From: an uncultured Bdellovibrionales bacterium
Lineage (GTDB): Bacteria > Patescibacteriota > Minisyncoccia > Moranbacterales > UBA1568
NCBI GenBank assembly: GCA_964451495.1
Contig: CAYVHS010000005.1
Location: 8,926 to 72,925 of the forward strand
Reading direction: 5' to 3'
Length of the DNA stretch: 64,000 bases
The notes beneath the pieces are model-generated. The model did no database searches, was not told where the DNA came from, and saw nothing but the letters and a program-made list of their open reading frames with translations. A program made the translations under genes and the position numbers. Positions 9,770-19,904 of this stretch are shown piece after piece. How positions within the stretch are numbered: position 1 is the first letter of the stretch; each line of letters starts with the position of its first letter.

Positions 9770-10321
9770 TTAATAGTAAAATTCTTGGGGAATGTCTTGG
9801 AGGAGCGGCTGTGCAGCATCCTTTTCTGACACCATCGGCTCTGCCATACCCCAATCGATACCCACATGAGGATCATCAAATCGGATTCCTCTCTCATGCT
9901 CTTTGGAATACACGTTGGTGCACTTATACGAAAAAAGAGTATCGTCTTCGAGAGCGATAAACCCATGAGCAAATCCAACGGGGATGAAAAACTGTTTCTT
10001 GTTTTCTCCCGAAAGTTCGACCGCTACATGCTGACCGAAAGTAGGTGACCCCGAGCGGATGTCGACGGCAACATCGATAACCCTGCCCCGCACAACCTGC
10101 ACCAATTTCCCTTGGGCAAATGGCGGAGCCTGATAATGGAGTCCGCGCACGACTCCTTTTTTGGAGCAAGATATATTGTCCTGAACAAAACATATATCAC
10201 TTCCGAGTAACTCTTGATACCGCTTCTCTTGAAATGTTTCCATGAAAAACCCTCGCTCATCTGCGAAAACATCCGGAGAGATGATAACCACGCCTTCCAG
10301 AAGCGTCTTTTCAATATGCAT
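9770..10321 (-). CDS. rfbC: dTDP-4-dehydrorhamnose 3,5-epimerase
   Basis: DERGFFME, QDNIS, RGLHYQ, GFAHGF, SEKD; start taken at MHIEKT. Confidence 0.95.
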   Translation of the reverse strand: MHIEKTLLEGVVIISPDVFADERGFFMETFQEKRYQELLGSDICFVQDNISCSKKGVVRGLHYQAPPFAQGKLVQVVRGRVIDVAVDIRSGSPTFGQHVAVELSGENKKQFFIPVGFAHGFIALEDDTLFSYKCTNVYSKEHERGIRFDDPHVGIDWGMAEPMVSEKDAAQPLLQDIPQEFYY

Positions 10322-10390
10322 AATTTCTTTTTTAATCGACGATATTCCAAAGGTGAATACTTCTATTTTAAAATATCGCAGCCGTAAAAG

Positions 10391-10417
10391 CAAAAGCCGC
10401 CCCTTTTCGGGACGGCT
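10391..10417 (-). terminator. Intrinsic terminator after khpA
   Basis: agccgcccc-tttt-cgggacggct hairpin followed by UUUU on minus strand. Confidence 0.6.
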
Positions 10418-10432
10418 CAAAATTTTTCAGGA

Positions 10433-10819
10433 CTAAATCTGGATGTCGTTCATCACGTCATCGAGCGTCTTCTTTTCCTCAGGAGCACGCTCTGCATGTT
10501 CTATGCGCTCTGCTTCACGGAGAGGAGCAGATGTCTCACGAGGCTCACGTGGTGGGCGCTCAGAACCCTCTGGTTCATTGATTTTCAGATTGACACGGGC
10601 GTTGTTGCGAGCACCGATGACACGAAGCAACGTGCGGAGCGCCTTGGCAGTCATACCTTCGCGTCCGATTACCATACCCATGTCTTTGGGATTGACATCA
10701 AGCGTAATCAATACTCCCATCTCATCAATCTTTCTCTCAACCTTCACATCCTCAGGATTATCTACGAGCATCTTTACGACGTACTCGATAAATTCCTTAT
10801 CTTTTACATTGTCTGTCAT
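10433..10819 (-). CDS. khpA: KH-domain RNA-binding protein (KhpA/YlqC family)
   Basis: EFIEYVVKMLVDNPEDV, DMGMVIGREG (GxxG), ALRTLL. Confidence 0.9.
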   Translation of the reverse strand: MTDNVKDKEFIEYVVKMLVDNPEDVKVERKIDEMGVLITLDVNPKDMGMVIGREGMTAKALRTLLRVIGARNNARVNLKINEPEGSERPPREPRETSAPLREAERIEHAERAPEEKKTLDDVMNDIQI

Positions 10820-10938
10820 AGACATACACGTCACAGATTACCGGTTTACTAGAAGAATACCTTCCACCAATATGATAACTCTTTTTATATAACCGCGCAA
10901 GAAGAATTTGCACACTCGTCAAGAGCACTAGGACTCTT

Positions 10939-12252
10939 CTATTCCACCCATTCAGCTGGCTCGGAAAATGATTTGGCGCGCCACTCCGGAGACTGACAGC
11001 ACAACACCGCTGCTGCCTCTTCCGGATTGATCAAAAGCATTTCGGTGATCTTTTCCATGCGCATACTGCGAGATCCTTTGATGAGGATCAAATCGTCCGA
11101 CCGGATGATAGTCGACAGTGCTTCCATAGCCGAAAGAGGGTCTGGTATCCACATGAGTTGTTTACGAGCATAACCACTTTCGAGCAATGCCTCATGGAGC
11201 GCGCGCATATGTTTACCCACAGTCACGACGATATGCGCCCCGGACTCGATGACGGCCGGTGCGAGCCGCGCATGCTCCTCAACTGATTCGAGACCGATCT
11301 CGAGCATATCACCCAATACTACAATTTTCCGCGGAGCCATCAATTCTCTCACGACCTCGAGCGCTGCTCGCGTCGAAGCAGGTGAAGCATTGTAGGTATC
11401 ATCGAGAAGCGCCGTATCGCTGCGGCCAGCGAGCAAACGCAGTCTCCCTGGCAATGGCTCAAAAGCCTCCAGAGATTCAGCAATCTCTACTAGATTCATC
11501 CGAAGTGCCAGTCCCACACTCGCCGCAGCTAGGGCAGCAGGGATATGATGTTTCGCCACGATCTTTGGCAGACGCACGGGGATACTCTTGCCATCAACAT
11601 TGAGCTTGAAACTAAATCCTTCGATACGTTTCACATCACGATGAAAAATCAGATTATCCGCTCGAACCATGGCACTTTCATCGAATCCATACGTGAACAC
11701 TTTTGCCTTGGTCTTTTCTTGCATCTTCTTGGTCCGCTTGTCATCGGCATTCAGGATAGCAAAACCATCCTCTGAAAGAGCTGAAATGAGTTTCCCTTTT
11801 TCTTTGGCGATATTGGTAATCGAACCGAAATACGCCAGATGACTCCCTGATACCTGCGTCGCGATACCGATCTTGAGAGAAACAAATTGGAGGAGATACT
11901 CCATATCGCCCGGACGGTCTATGCCCATTTCTAGGATGAGCACCTCTGGATATTTCACGGGGAACAGCATCATACCGAGCCACTTGAAACATATCATCCC
12001 CCAATGAAAAAATGACCCACCCCCACTATGGACACCCAAGATAGTAAGTGGTACGCCGACTTCATTATTATAATTCCCCTCTGCTTTGCGCACCGAATAC
12101 GCCCGAGCGATAACCAGAGCGGTTGCCTCTTTGGCCGAACTCTTTCCGACCGATCCTGTGATTCCCACAACCATCGGCTGATATTTACGGAGCACTGCCC
12201 GCGCCATAAATCGGAGCATGTGTTCCAGAATTTTTCTTTTATTCACTGACAT
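10939..12252 (-). CDS. murF: UDP-MurNAc-tripeptide D-Ala-D-Ala ligase
   Basis: GITGSVGKSS, NNEVGVPLT, LEMG, DDTYNASP, GDMLEIG, KGSRSMRME. Confidence 0.93.
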   Translation of the reverse strand: MSVNKRKILEHMLRFMARAVLRKYQPMVVGITGSVGKSSAKEATALVIARAYSVRKAEGNYNNEVGVPLTILGVHSGGGSFFHWGMICFKWLGMMLFPVKYPEVLILEMGIDRPGDMEYLLQFVSLKIGIATQVSGSHLAYFGSITNIAKEKGKLISALSEDGFAILNADDKRTKKMQEKTKAKVFTYGFDESAMVRADNLIFHRDVKRIEGFSFKLNVDGKSIPVRLPKIVAKHHIPAALAAASVGLALRMNLVEIAESLEAFEPLPGRLRLLAGRSDTALLDDTYNASPASTRAALEVVRELMAPRKIVVLGDMLEIGLESVEEHARLAPAVIESGAHIVVTVGKHMRALHEALLESGYARKQLMWIPDPLSAMEALSTIIRSDDLILIKGSRSMRMEKITEMLLINPEEAAAVLCCQSPEWRAKSFSEPAEWVE

Positions 12253-12293
12253 ACCAATAGTATTATTGAGAAGAAACACTCCTTCAGTATCAC

Positions 12294-14090
12294 TCATTTT
12301 CGAGCCGGCACTTCTTCGGTGGGTTTTATCTTGGCGTACTCTAGCAGAAATTTCATGATCTTGCCAAACGTTGGGGCAGCACTAGATTCGGCCCATTCTA
12401 CATTTTTCGGATTATCAAGCTTCACCAAAACAACAAAACGTGGATCATTGATCGGGGCATATCCGGCAAATGAACCAATATTTAAACCTTCTTCATAGCC
12501 CGCTCCGTCACTTTTGGCCACCTGCGCTGTACCCGTCTTGCCACCGACCAGATACCCAGGTACATCAGCTCTTTTTCCATGACCATTCACCACCACCTCT
12601 CTTAACATACTCCCCATAGTACGACTGGTTTGTTCCGAAAGCACCTGGCGGATCGGCTCTGGAGCCACCTCTTCTTTGCTACCATCACCATGAATGATCT
12701 GATTGATGATGTGCGGTCGCATGAGCCAACCTCCGTTTGCCAGAGTCGCATAGGCATTGACGATCTGAAGCGGCGTCACGGTGATGCCCTGCCCAAAAGA
12801 AGCTGTGAAGTACTGAATATCCGAACGTACATTGGCGAGATTGCGTATATTGCCCGGGAGTTCCGCCGGCAAGGATACACCCGTCCGCTCGCCAAATCCA
12901 AATCGCTTCACATAGTCGCCAAATATTTTATTGCCTACCTGTTTCTCTACAAAGATGACTCCTGTGTTGATAGAATTATTGAGCACACTCGTCATGTTGC
13001 TCCTCCCGTATACCTTGTCCTCTGAATTGCGAATCGCATACCCCCCTATACTTACCACTCCGGTGTCTACATATTCTGTCGTCGGAGATACCTTGCCTTC
13101 TTCGATCCCGATAGCCATAGTAATCGGTTTCATGATCGACCCCGGCTCATACGCCATACTCACGGCAGGATTCATAAACAACGCATAATCCTCGACATCC
13201 GAATATGCATTGGGATCAAACTGAGGAAACGATGCCATGGACAAGATACTCCCTGTTTTCGGATCCATCACGATAGCTGTCGCACGGTCGGCCTGGAATT
13301 CTTCTGTCGCATCCTTGAGAATCTTTTCTGTTTCATACTGGATAACACGATCGAGAGAGAGGACAATACCATCACCATTCTTGGCAGAGACGATATCCCG
13401 ATCCGTGAGCGGTATCCATCGCCCGCCGGCATCTTTCTCCTGAGAAAGCTCACCACCAATACCTCGCAATCGGTTATCCTGCGAAGCTTCGATGCCATAG
13501 CCGCCAGCCCCGCCGCCCGCACCGAGACTCGCAAACCCGATCACCTGCGAGGCGAGTTCTCCTGCAGGATAATACCGAAATTTTTCTGGCAATAATGCTA
13601 CTCCTTTGAAAGAAAGATCCTTCACGCGCGATACTTCTTCATCACTCAGACGATGCTTGATGATCTCAAATGGATCATTCGGCATGTTGAGCTTTTCGCG
13701 AATTGGACCAATGTCCATATTCAATATCTGCGAAAGCTCTATCGCTACCCGGTCTTTCTCGACGACATCTTTGGGCACGACATACACGAGTCTATATTCC
13801 CGATTCACCGCCAAAGGGTACAGGTTCTCACCATCATGCATGAAAATCTCCCCGCGATCCGCCGAGAGCGTCTCGGAAGTACTGTGCTGATCTTCAGCAA
13901 GTGCTACCCACTTTCCATGCGAAAAGACCTGTATAAAATAGAGGCGCGACACGAGCGTCAATCCGACCAACAAAACTACCAGCCCCAAAATGCGCACTCT
14001 CGGTATTCTCTCCGAAGGCGACGCTCGCTTCTTGTTTTTCACCAGAGGTGTCCGAATCTTTCCAGGACTTCGCATAGGCGTATTCTTCAT
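12294..14090 (-). CDS. ftsI: Class B penicillin-binding protein (FtsI-like)
   Basis: N-terminal TM, RGEI, RYYP, EPGSIMK (SxxK), SIN, KTGTAQ; dcw position. Confidence 0.9.
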   Translation of the reverse strand: MKNTPMRSPGKIRTPLVKNKKRASPSERIPRVRILGLVVLLVGLTLVSRLYFIQVFSHGKWVALAEDQHSTSETLSADRGEIFMHDGENLYPLAVNREYRLVYVVPKDVVEKDRVAIELSQILNMDIGPIREKLNMPNDPFEIIKHRLSDEEVSRVKDLSFKGVALLPEKFRYYPAGELASQVIGFASLGAGGGAGGYGIEASQDNRLRGIGGELSQEKDAGGRWIPLTDRDIVSAKNGDGIVLSLDRVIQYETEKILKDATEEFQADRATAIVMDPKTGSILSMASFPQFDPNAYSDVEDYALFMNPAVSMAYEPGSIMKPITMAIGIEEGKVSPTTEYVDTGVVSIGGYAIRNSEDKVYGRSNMTSVLNNSINTGVIFVEKQVGNKIFGDYVKRFGFGERTGVSLPAELPGNIRNLANVRSDIQYFTASFGQGITVTPLQIVNAYATLANGGWLMRPHIINQIIHGDGSKEEVAPEPIRQVLSEQTSRTMGSMLREVVVNGHGKRADVPGYLVGGKTGTAQVAKSDGAGYEEGLNIGSFAGYAPINDPRFVVLVKLDNPKNVEWAESSAAPTFGKIMKFLLEYAKIKPTEEVPARK

Positions 14091-14124
14091 GATAGAAAGA
14101 AAAAAAGCGCATCGCGCTTCTTCC

Positions 14125-14478
14125 CTACCTCAAAGCAACTGGGCCACGCTTCTCTAGATATTTGACGTTATCCAATTTATGCATCTGGAGCTCCTCCCCA
14201 GAGGCTTCGATGCGATACAGTGATCTGAGATCAGCTTCGGTAATTTTCAATTCTACGTTCTCTTCTTTGAGTTTGCTTATTTCATTTTCAATCGTGCGCA
14301 TATGGTATCCCTGTACCGCACTCCGATTGACCGAATACAAATACCCACCACCGATAGCAAACAAAAGCATCAGTATACCGAGCACAAACAGGTGCACCGA
14401 ACCCGAAAGATCCGCTTGCGCGGTTTCCCTTCTAGGTGGGCTCGCTGCCACTAACGCTCGACGTTTGGTAATTCGCAT
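14125..14478 (-). CDS. FtsL-like cell division protein
   Basis: Single TM plus coiled coil, located between rsmH and ftsI. Confidence 0.7.
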   Translation of the reverse strand: MRITKRRALVAASPPRRETAQADLSGSVHLFVLGILMLLFAIGGGYLYSVNRSAVQGYHMRTIENEISKLKEENVELKITEADLRSLYRIEASGEELQMHKLDNVKYLEKRGPVALR

Positions 14479-14536
14479 ACGTTTTATTTTTATTTATCTG
14501 CCAGCAGACGATGCTTTTTGTACACGCATCGATTGT

Positions 14537-15514
14537 TTACGAGAGCTTCTCTATGATACGAAGCTTGGCACTTCTGGCACGTGGGTTTGTGTGTCTTTCC
14601 TGCTCACTCGGAACAATCGGTTTTCTCGTAATCAGCCTGATAGTAGGAGTCTGCTCACAACGACACACGGGGAAATTGGGCGGGCAAATACATCCTTGCG
14701 ATGCATCACGGAAGAACTGTTTCACGATACGATCCTCTCCCGAGTGAAACGTGATAACCGCCAACCGGCCACCGACATTCAAACATTTCACTGCCTGAGA
14801 AAGAAACGTCACCAGATGCTCTCCTTCCTGATTGACAGCGATACGAAGAGCTTGGAATGTCTTGGTCGCAGGATGGATCTTCAATCGATAACGCTTGCCT
14901 CTGGGATACACCCGCTCGATCAGCGCTGCCAAATCGTGAGTAGTCCGGAAAGGCTTGTTCTCTCGCTCAGTGACAATCGCTTCCGCGATACGCCTCGCTT
15001 CTGATTCTTCTCCATATTTGTAGAGGAACTGCTCAATCTCTTTCTCGGTACATGTATTCACTATCTTTTCTGCTGTCAGGTCGGTAGTTTGATCAAGACG
15101 CATATCGAGTGGTCCGTCTTTCTGAAAACTGAACCCTCGCTCTCCATCTTCGATCTGATCCGAAGAAAATCCGAGATCAGCGAGGATAGCATCGACATGC
15201 TCACTACCAGCATCTCCGAGCATTTCGACTATTGCTGAATAATTACCATGTACGAGAGCCAAAGATGTATCTGTAAGCGCTTGCTTGAGAAAGACATCTG
15301 ACTGTGCACGGATTTCAAACCGATTGAGAGCTTGCGTATCGGCATCGATAGCCACGAGCTTGCCTCCTGGCAAAATATGCTCGAGCAGAGCTCGTGTATG
15401 CCCCCCACCCCCAAGGGTCGCATCCACGACTACCATGCCTGGACGAAGCGAGAGCCCTTCCACTACTTCTTTCAAAAGAACTGATGCATGTTTCGTCTCT
15501 GTCATAATCTTCAT
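14537..15514 (-). CDS. rsmH: 16S rRNA m4C1402 methyltransferase
   Basis: HASVLL, DATLGGGGH, DLGFSS, GPLDMR, TFQALRIAVN, NPRARSAKLR. Confidence 0.97.
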   Translation of the reverse strand: MKIMTETKHASVLLKEVVEGLSLRPGMVVVDATLGGGGHTRALLEHILPGGKLVAIDADTQALNRFEIRAQSDVFLKQALTDTSLALVHGNYSAIVEMLGDAGSEHVDAILADLGFSSDQIEDGERGFSFQKDGPLDMRLDQTTDLTAEKIVNTCTEKEIEQFLYKYGEESEARRIAEAIVTERENKPFRTTHDLAALIERVYPRGKRYRLKIHPATKTFQALRIAVNQEGEHLVTFLSQAVKCLNVGGRLAVITFHSGEDRIVKQFFRDASQGCICPPNFPVCRCEQTPTIRLITRKPIVPSEQERHTNPRARSAKLRIIEKLS

Positions 15515-15630
15515 TCAACCCTCAAGAATAAAAACGCTTTCAAAAAATATTTTCATTTTTATTTTTGAGATCTGAATCTCCTCTCCCTCGAAAACCTGAT
15601 GAACTGTATTCGCTTTACGAACTTGATAAA

Positions 15631-16065
15631 CTAATAGATTCCTAACTTGCCGAGCTCTTCAGCGATTTTGCCAGTATTTTTTTCTGCTTGCTGTTTGTAC
15701 CGATTCCACTTCGCAGTATCCCAAATTTCCAAACGATTGAAGAGTCCTACGATAGTGACTTCTTTGTTGAGTCCCCCGTCATGCTTCAGATATTCCGGAA
15801 GTAGCACCCGTCCCTGACTATCGAGCTCGACATCAGTCGCACCGGCGAGCATGACGCGGATGAAGCTGCGTGTCGCTGCCTCACCAACCGGTAATGTCCC
15901 GAGTTTCGAGGCGAGTTCTTCCCATACTTTCATCGGATACACAAAGAGACAACTATCGAGTCCTCGCGTCACGATCACTTTGCTCCCTAGCTCACCGCGA
16001 AATTTCGAAGGTAGCGCGAGGCGCTTTTTGGGATCGATCGTGTGATTGTATTCTCCGATAAACAT
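15631..16065 (-). CDS. mraZ: Division/cell wall cluster transcriptional regulator
   Basis: MFIGEYNHTIDPKKRL, DSQGRVLLP, LEIW. Confidence 0.96.
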   Translation of the reverse strand: MFIGEYNHTIDPKKRLALPSKFRGELGSKVIVTRGLDSCLFVYPMKVWEELASKLGTLPVGEAATRSFIRVMLAGATDVELDSQGRVLLPEYLKHDGGLNKEVTIVGLFNRLEIWDTAKWNRYKQQAEKNTGKIAEELGKLGIY

Positions 16066-16093
16066 AGGACGCAAAATGACATGTCGTGAAATT

Positions 16094-16148
16094 CCCCACA
16101 TTTCACCACACTAGCTATACATGTCCCCATTCTACGCCACGTGACCAC
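16094..16148 (-). promoter_or_regulatory. MraZ-binding GTGG boxes in the dcw promoter
   Basis: GTGG/ATGG boxes on minus strand at about 16096, 16106, 16127, 16137 and 16145, roughly 10-bp period, upstream of mraZ. Confidence 0.65.
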
Positions 16149-16336
16149 AAGCGTCAACACGCGAGTTATGCACCAAAAAAACGGCTATTTAAAGCCGTTT
16201 TTTATCATACTTATACACCTAAAATCCAAAATTACAGTCTACAATGGCACAAGAGAGTTCTTTTCGAGAAAAACTCTGGACCCAAGATTTCAAAAAAGAG
16301 TGCGGATTCCTAAAATGCAAACATACGAGAAAGAAA

Positions 16337-17734
16337 TCAGAATCTCTCCAAGACTTTCACAAGTAGTCGTACCGGAGCACCGGCAGCGCCTTTGGCGAGG
16401 AATTCATCCGGGAGTGCCGTCATGCGTGGCGCCATATCGAGATGGACCCATGGATACGCGTGATCCACAAATTGCCGCAGAAACGCAGCCGCGGTGATCG
16501 CTCCACCATAGCGCGTTTTGCCGAGATTAGATACATCACCGAAGGTTCCTTTGATTTCTTCATCATATTCTTCCCAGAGAGGCAGCGGCCAGACATAATC
16601 CCCGCTTACTTCACCCAGCTCCCTAAATGTTTTTTCTAATTGTTCATCTTCTGTAAACAGTGCCGTCGCTCGCTCACCGAGCGCGACCACGGCTGCGCCC
16701 GTCAGCGTCGCCACATCCACCACAAGAGTCGGTTTGTACCGCTTTGCGTAATGTAGAGCATCAGCGAGAATGATCCGTCCTTCGGCGTCAGTATTCAGCA
16801 CTTCGATTGTTTTCCCTGACATCGACCGAATCACATCTCCAGGACGATAGCTCGAACCCGAAGGCATATTCTCTACAGCAGGAATGAGCGCCACAATATT
16901 TTTCTTCATCTTGAGACGCGCTGCACACGCGATAGCATGGATGACCGCTGCACCACCCGACATATCCATATTCATTCCAAGGATCGATCCTTCTGGTTTG
17001 AGATTGATACCACCCGTATCAAACGTCACGCCCTTGCCGACCAAAATTACTGGCTTCGCTTTCTTATTGATTGCTCCGAAATATTCCAGAACGATAAAAC
17101 ACGGTTTGGCCTCTGACCCCTTGCCGACACCGAGGACACCACCCATCTTAAGACGCTTCATCGATGCTTCATCAAGTGCGGAATATTTGATCGGCAAGCC
17201 CTTCACCGACTGCCTAGCATGCCGCGCCAAAATTTCCGGCGTCATTTCCCCTCCAGGCATATTGGCAATATGTCGCGCACGGTTGGTCTCTTCACCGATT
17301 ATCACACCAGTATTGATACCCTGCCTGATCTCTGGACTCGATGCATGGGTAAACACAATAGTGTCTACCTCCGGCCAACCCTCCTGGGGTACCGAGAGAA
17401 ACTCACGGAACGTAAAACCAGCCATAACAAAATTCATCGCGAGCAACTCGGCTCGTTCGTACAGGGAACCAATACCACTAGAGAAAGAAAACTGATCAAA
17501 ATCAAGCACGATAGTCGTATATTTTTTCGCCAGAGCCTCGCGGACGATACGTCGAGCCAAAAGAATGAATTTACGACGAGTTATCTTTTCTGGATCAGAA
17601 AGAACAAAGGTCAGTGTATGTTCTTCTCCCCGTACACTCACCATACCGTCCCTACCCTCCTTTTCGAAACGGACGGCCAGTGCTCCTTTCTTTTGCCAGT
17701 ATTTCGTGTTTTCCCGTGAAATCTGTATCTGCAT
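16337..17734 (-). CDS. pepA: Leucyl aminopeptidase (M17)
   Basis: VGKGVTFDTGG, DMSGGA, NTDAEGR, DVATLTGA, PWVHLD. Confidence 0.95.
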   Translation of the reverse strand: MQIQISRENTKYWQKKGALAVRFEKEGRDGMVSVRGEEHTLTFVLSDPEKITRRKFILLARRIVREALAKKYTTIVLDFDQFSFSSGIGSLYERAELLAMNFVMAGFTFREFLSVPQEGWPEVDTIVFTHASSPEIRQGINTGVIIGEETNRARHIANMPGGEMTPEILARHARQSVKGLPIKYSALDEASMKRLKMGGVLGVGKGSEAKPCFIVLEYFGAINKKAKPVILVGKGVTFDTGGINLKPEGSILGMNMDMSGGAAVIHAIACAARLKMKKNIVALIPAVENMPSGSSYRPGDVIRSMSGKTIEVLNTDAEGRIILADALHYAKRYKPTLVVDVATLTGAAVVALGERATALFTEDEQLEKTFRELGEVSGDYVWPLPLWEEYDEEIKGTFGDVSNLGKTRYGGAITAAAFLRQFVDHAYPWVHLDMAPRMTALPDEFLAKGAAGAPVRLLVKVLERF

Positions 17735-17867
17735 ATGACATTCATTACACTGATTATCTCCCTCCTATAATAGAAGAGTCTATTCTAGCAATGAATGTCC
17801 AAAAAAACAAAAAGGCTCGGGACTAATGAAAGTCCGCGAGCCTCATGATGCGATGCATCAGGCGATG

Positions 17868-18308
17868 TTACGCCACTAACTGCACACGAATACAGCGACG
17901 GGATACCTCGAGATGTTGTGGTCCAACCGATTGAGGCGCGACCATTTCCACTATACCGGGGCCATGCTCTGGAGCGTTGGTCAGGATAAGCCGCAGAGTG
18001 CGACACATCATAGCAACACCCAGAGTCCTGACTTCGAGCGTCTGGTCTTTCAGATATTCCAGATATCCCCTGAGACTGATGGCAAAAACGGTCGTCACAT
18101 GTTTTTTCGCCCTCTCTGCCCGAGCTTCCAGAAATCTTAACCCCGTATACGCTGGAGCAGTATTTCCACTCACGAGGAATTCGGCGACCCTTTCAAGCTC
18201 TCCTTTCACTTCTTCCATTTCATGGAAAGCGACGATGCCCTGTCGAATGATTCGAACAGACCAAAGGCCTGATTCTGTTTTGGGATTTATGTAATCATCA
18301 TAATTCAT
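17868..18308 (-). CDS. Hypothetical orphan protein
   Basis: 146-aa ORF with SD, TTGACC-N17-TATCCT promoter (18432-18460) and downstream terminator (~17810-17843). Confidence 0.6.
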   Translation of the reverse strand: MNYDDYINPKTESGLWSVRIIRQGIVAFHEMEEVKGELERVAEFLVSGNTAPAYTGLRFLEARAERAKKHVTTVFAISLRGYLEYLKDQTLEVRTLGVAMMCRTLRLILTNAPEHGPGIVEMVAPQSVGPQHLEVSRRCIRVQLVA

Positions 18309-18468
18309 CCAAATACTCCCTCTGTTGTCAAAACAATTGTTAATGAACGCTAAAAAAACAAAACGGCCTCTCCAAAAAAAATGGCGGTCGTTCTTAATAA
18401 AAGAAAAAGATACTCTCTATTCCTTACTCGCAGGATAGCTCACAATACTTGTTTGGTCAAACAAATAC

Positions 18469-19698
18469 TTACTTCATAGAAAAATCAATATACTTTCGAC
18501 CCCTGAGGCGTTCGGGGAAATATTCTTGCAAAGCCTCTTCTTTTGTTTTGAAATCAGGCGTATATTTATAACCCCTCCCATACCCAATCTCTTTCATGAG
18601 TTTTGTCGGGGCGTTCCGGAGATGGATCGGCACGGACTCATTGGGAAAAGTGACCACATCTTGTTTGGCTTTCCCGTATCCGACATAGAGAGCATTGCTT
18701 TTCTTGGATTGGGCAAGATAGACAACGGCCTGAGCCAGGTGTACTTCACATTCGGGCATACCGAGCATCTGACATGCCTGAAAAGCAGCTACTGCCTGGG
18801 GTAATGCGAACGAATTGGCGATACCGACATCCTCCGAAGCAAACCGGACCAAACGCCTAGCAACATAGAGAGGGTCCTCGCCGGCTTCGAGCATCCGTGC
18901 GAGCCAATAGAGCGCCGCATTCGCATCACTCCCGCGCAAGGATTTATGAAGCGCTGAAATAATATTATGATGTTCTTCGCCTCCCTTGTCATAGAGAATA
19001 TGTGACCGCTTGACGACATTCTCCACGACAGCGCTGTCGATATGTGCGGAGTAGAGCGCGCAGGCTTCGACGGTATTGAGTGCTGTCCGCGCGTCACCAC
19101 CAGAAACAGCCGCGATAAATGCGACCGCCGTATCATCGATAGAGATTTTTTTTCCGAAATACATCTCGGTATCCGCAAAAGCTCGCTGCATGAGCGCCAC
19201 CAACGCTGCTTCGGAATGCTTTTCCAACACGAGAACCCGCGTCCGCGATAAAAGAGCAGCGTTGACTTCAAAACTCGGGTTTTCTGTTGTAGCGCCGATG
19301 AGAATCACGGTCCCGTGCTCCACGTGGGGCAACAGAGCATCTTGCTGGGCCTTATTCCAGCGATGAATCTCATCGATAAACAGTATAGTCTTTTTTCCGG
19401 CAGCTTTATTCGTTTCTGCTTTTTCGATAACAGCCCGCAATTCTTTCACTCCACTCCCTACTGCCGACAACTGGTAAAATTCCGACTTGGTTTCCTCTGC
19501 GATGAGAAGTGCTAGTGTGGTCTTGCCACTCCCAGGTGGTCCCCAAAATATGAGCGAGGGTATTCTGTCTGCGACAATGGCTTCACGCAAAAAAGCACCT
19601 TCCCCCAAGATCTTTTCCTGTCCGAGAAAGCCCTCTATCGATTTCGGCCGCATGCGTTCGGCAAGCGGCACTTGATTGCTTGCGACCTGCTGCTTCAT
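18469..19698 (-). CDS. rarA: Replication-associated recombination protein A (MgsA/RarA)
   Basis: PLAERMRP, GPPGSGKT, FIDEIHR, GATTENP, ISALHKSLRGSD, VPIHLRNAPT. Confidence 0.96.
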   Translation of the reverse strand: MKQQVASNQVPLAERMRPKSIEGFLGQEKILGEGAFLREAIVADRIPSLIFWGPPGSGKTTLALLIAEETKSEFYQLSAVGSGVKELRAVIEKAETNKAAGKKTILFIDEIHRWNKAQQDALLPHVEHGTVILIGATTENPSFEVNAALLSRTRVLVLEKHSEAALVALMQRAFADTEMYFGKKISIDDTAVAFIAAVSGGDARTALNTVEACALYSAHIDSAVVENVVKRSHILYDKGGEEHHNIISALHKSLRGSDANAALYWLARMLEAGEDPLYVARRLVRFASEDVGIANSFALPQAVAAFQACQMLGMPECEVHLAQAVVYLAQSKKSNALYVGYGKAKQDVVTFPNESVPIHLRNAPTKLMKEIGYGRGYKYTPDFKTKEEALQEYFPERLRGRKYIDFSMK

Positions 19699-19719
19699 AT
19701 ATTCCGTAACCCACACTTA

Positions 19720-19904
19720 GTAACTATTCAGTATCTCACCGCCATAATACAAAGAAAAACAGTGCTTGTCTGATAAAACACTCAGATTTCGGCTGAAAAC
19801 CTTTCAAGACTCATCAGGTTACGATAGTAGCCTTCCTCGTCTCTTCAACGTTTTCATCTCAAAATCCGAACATTTTCTCGAGACATGAGATACTGAACAG
19901 TTAC
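19720..19904. mobile_element. Putative MITE (~185 bp) with terminal inverted repeats
   Basis: CTTAGTAACTATTCAGTATCTCA (19716-19738) versus TGAGATACTGAACAGTTACTAAG (19886-19908), 22 of 23 complementary; TA flanks both GTAAC ends. Confidence 0.7.
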
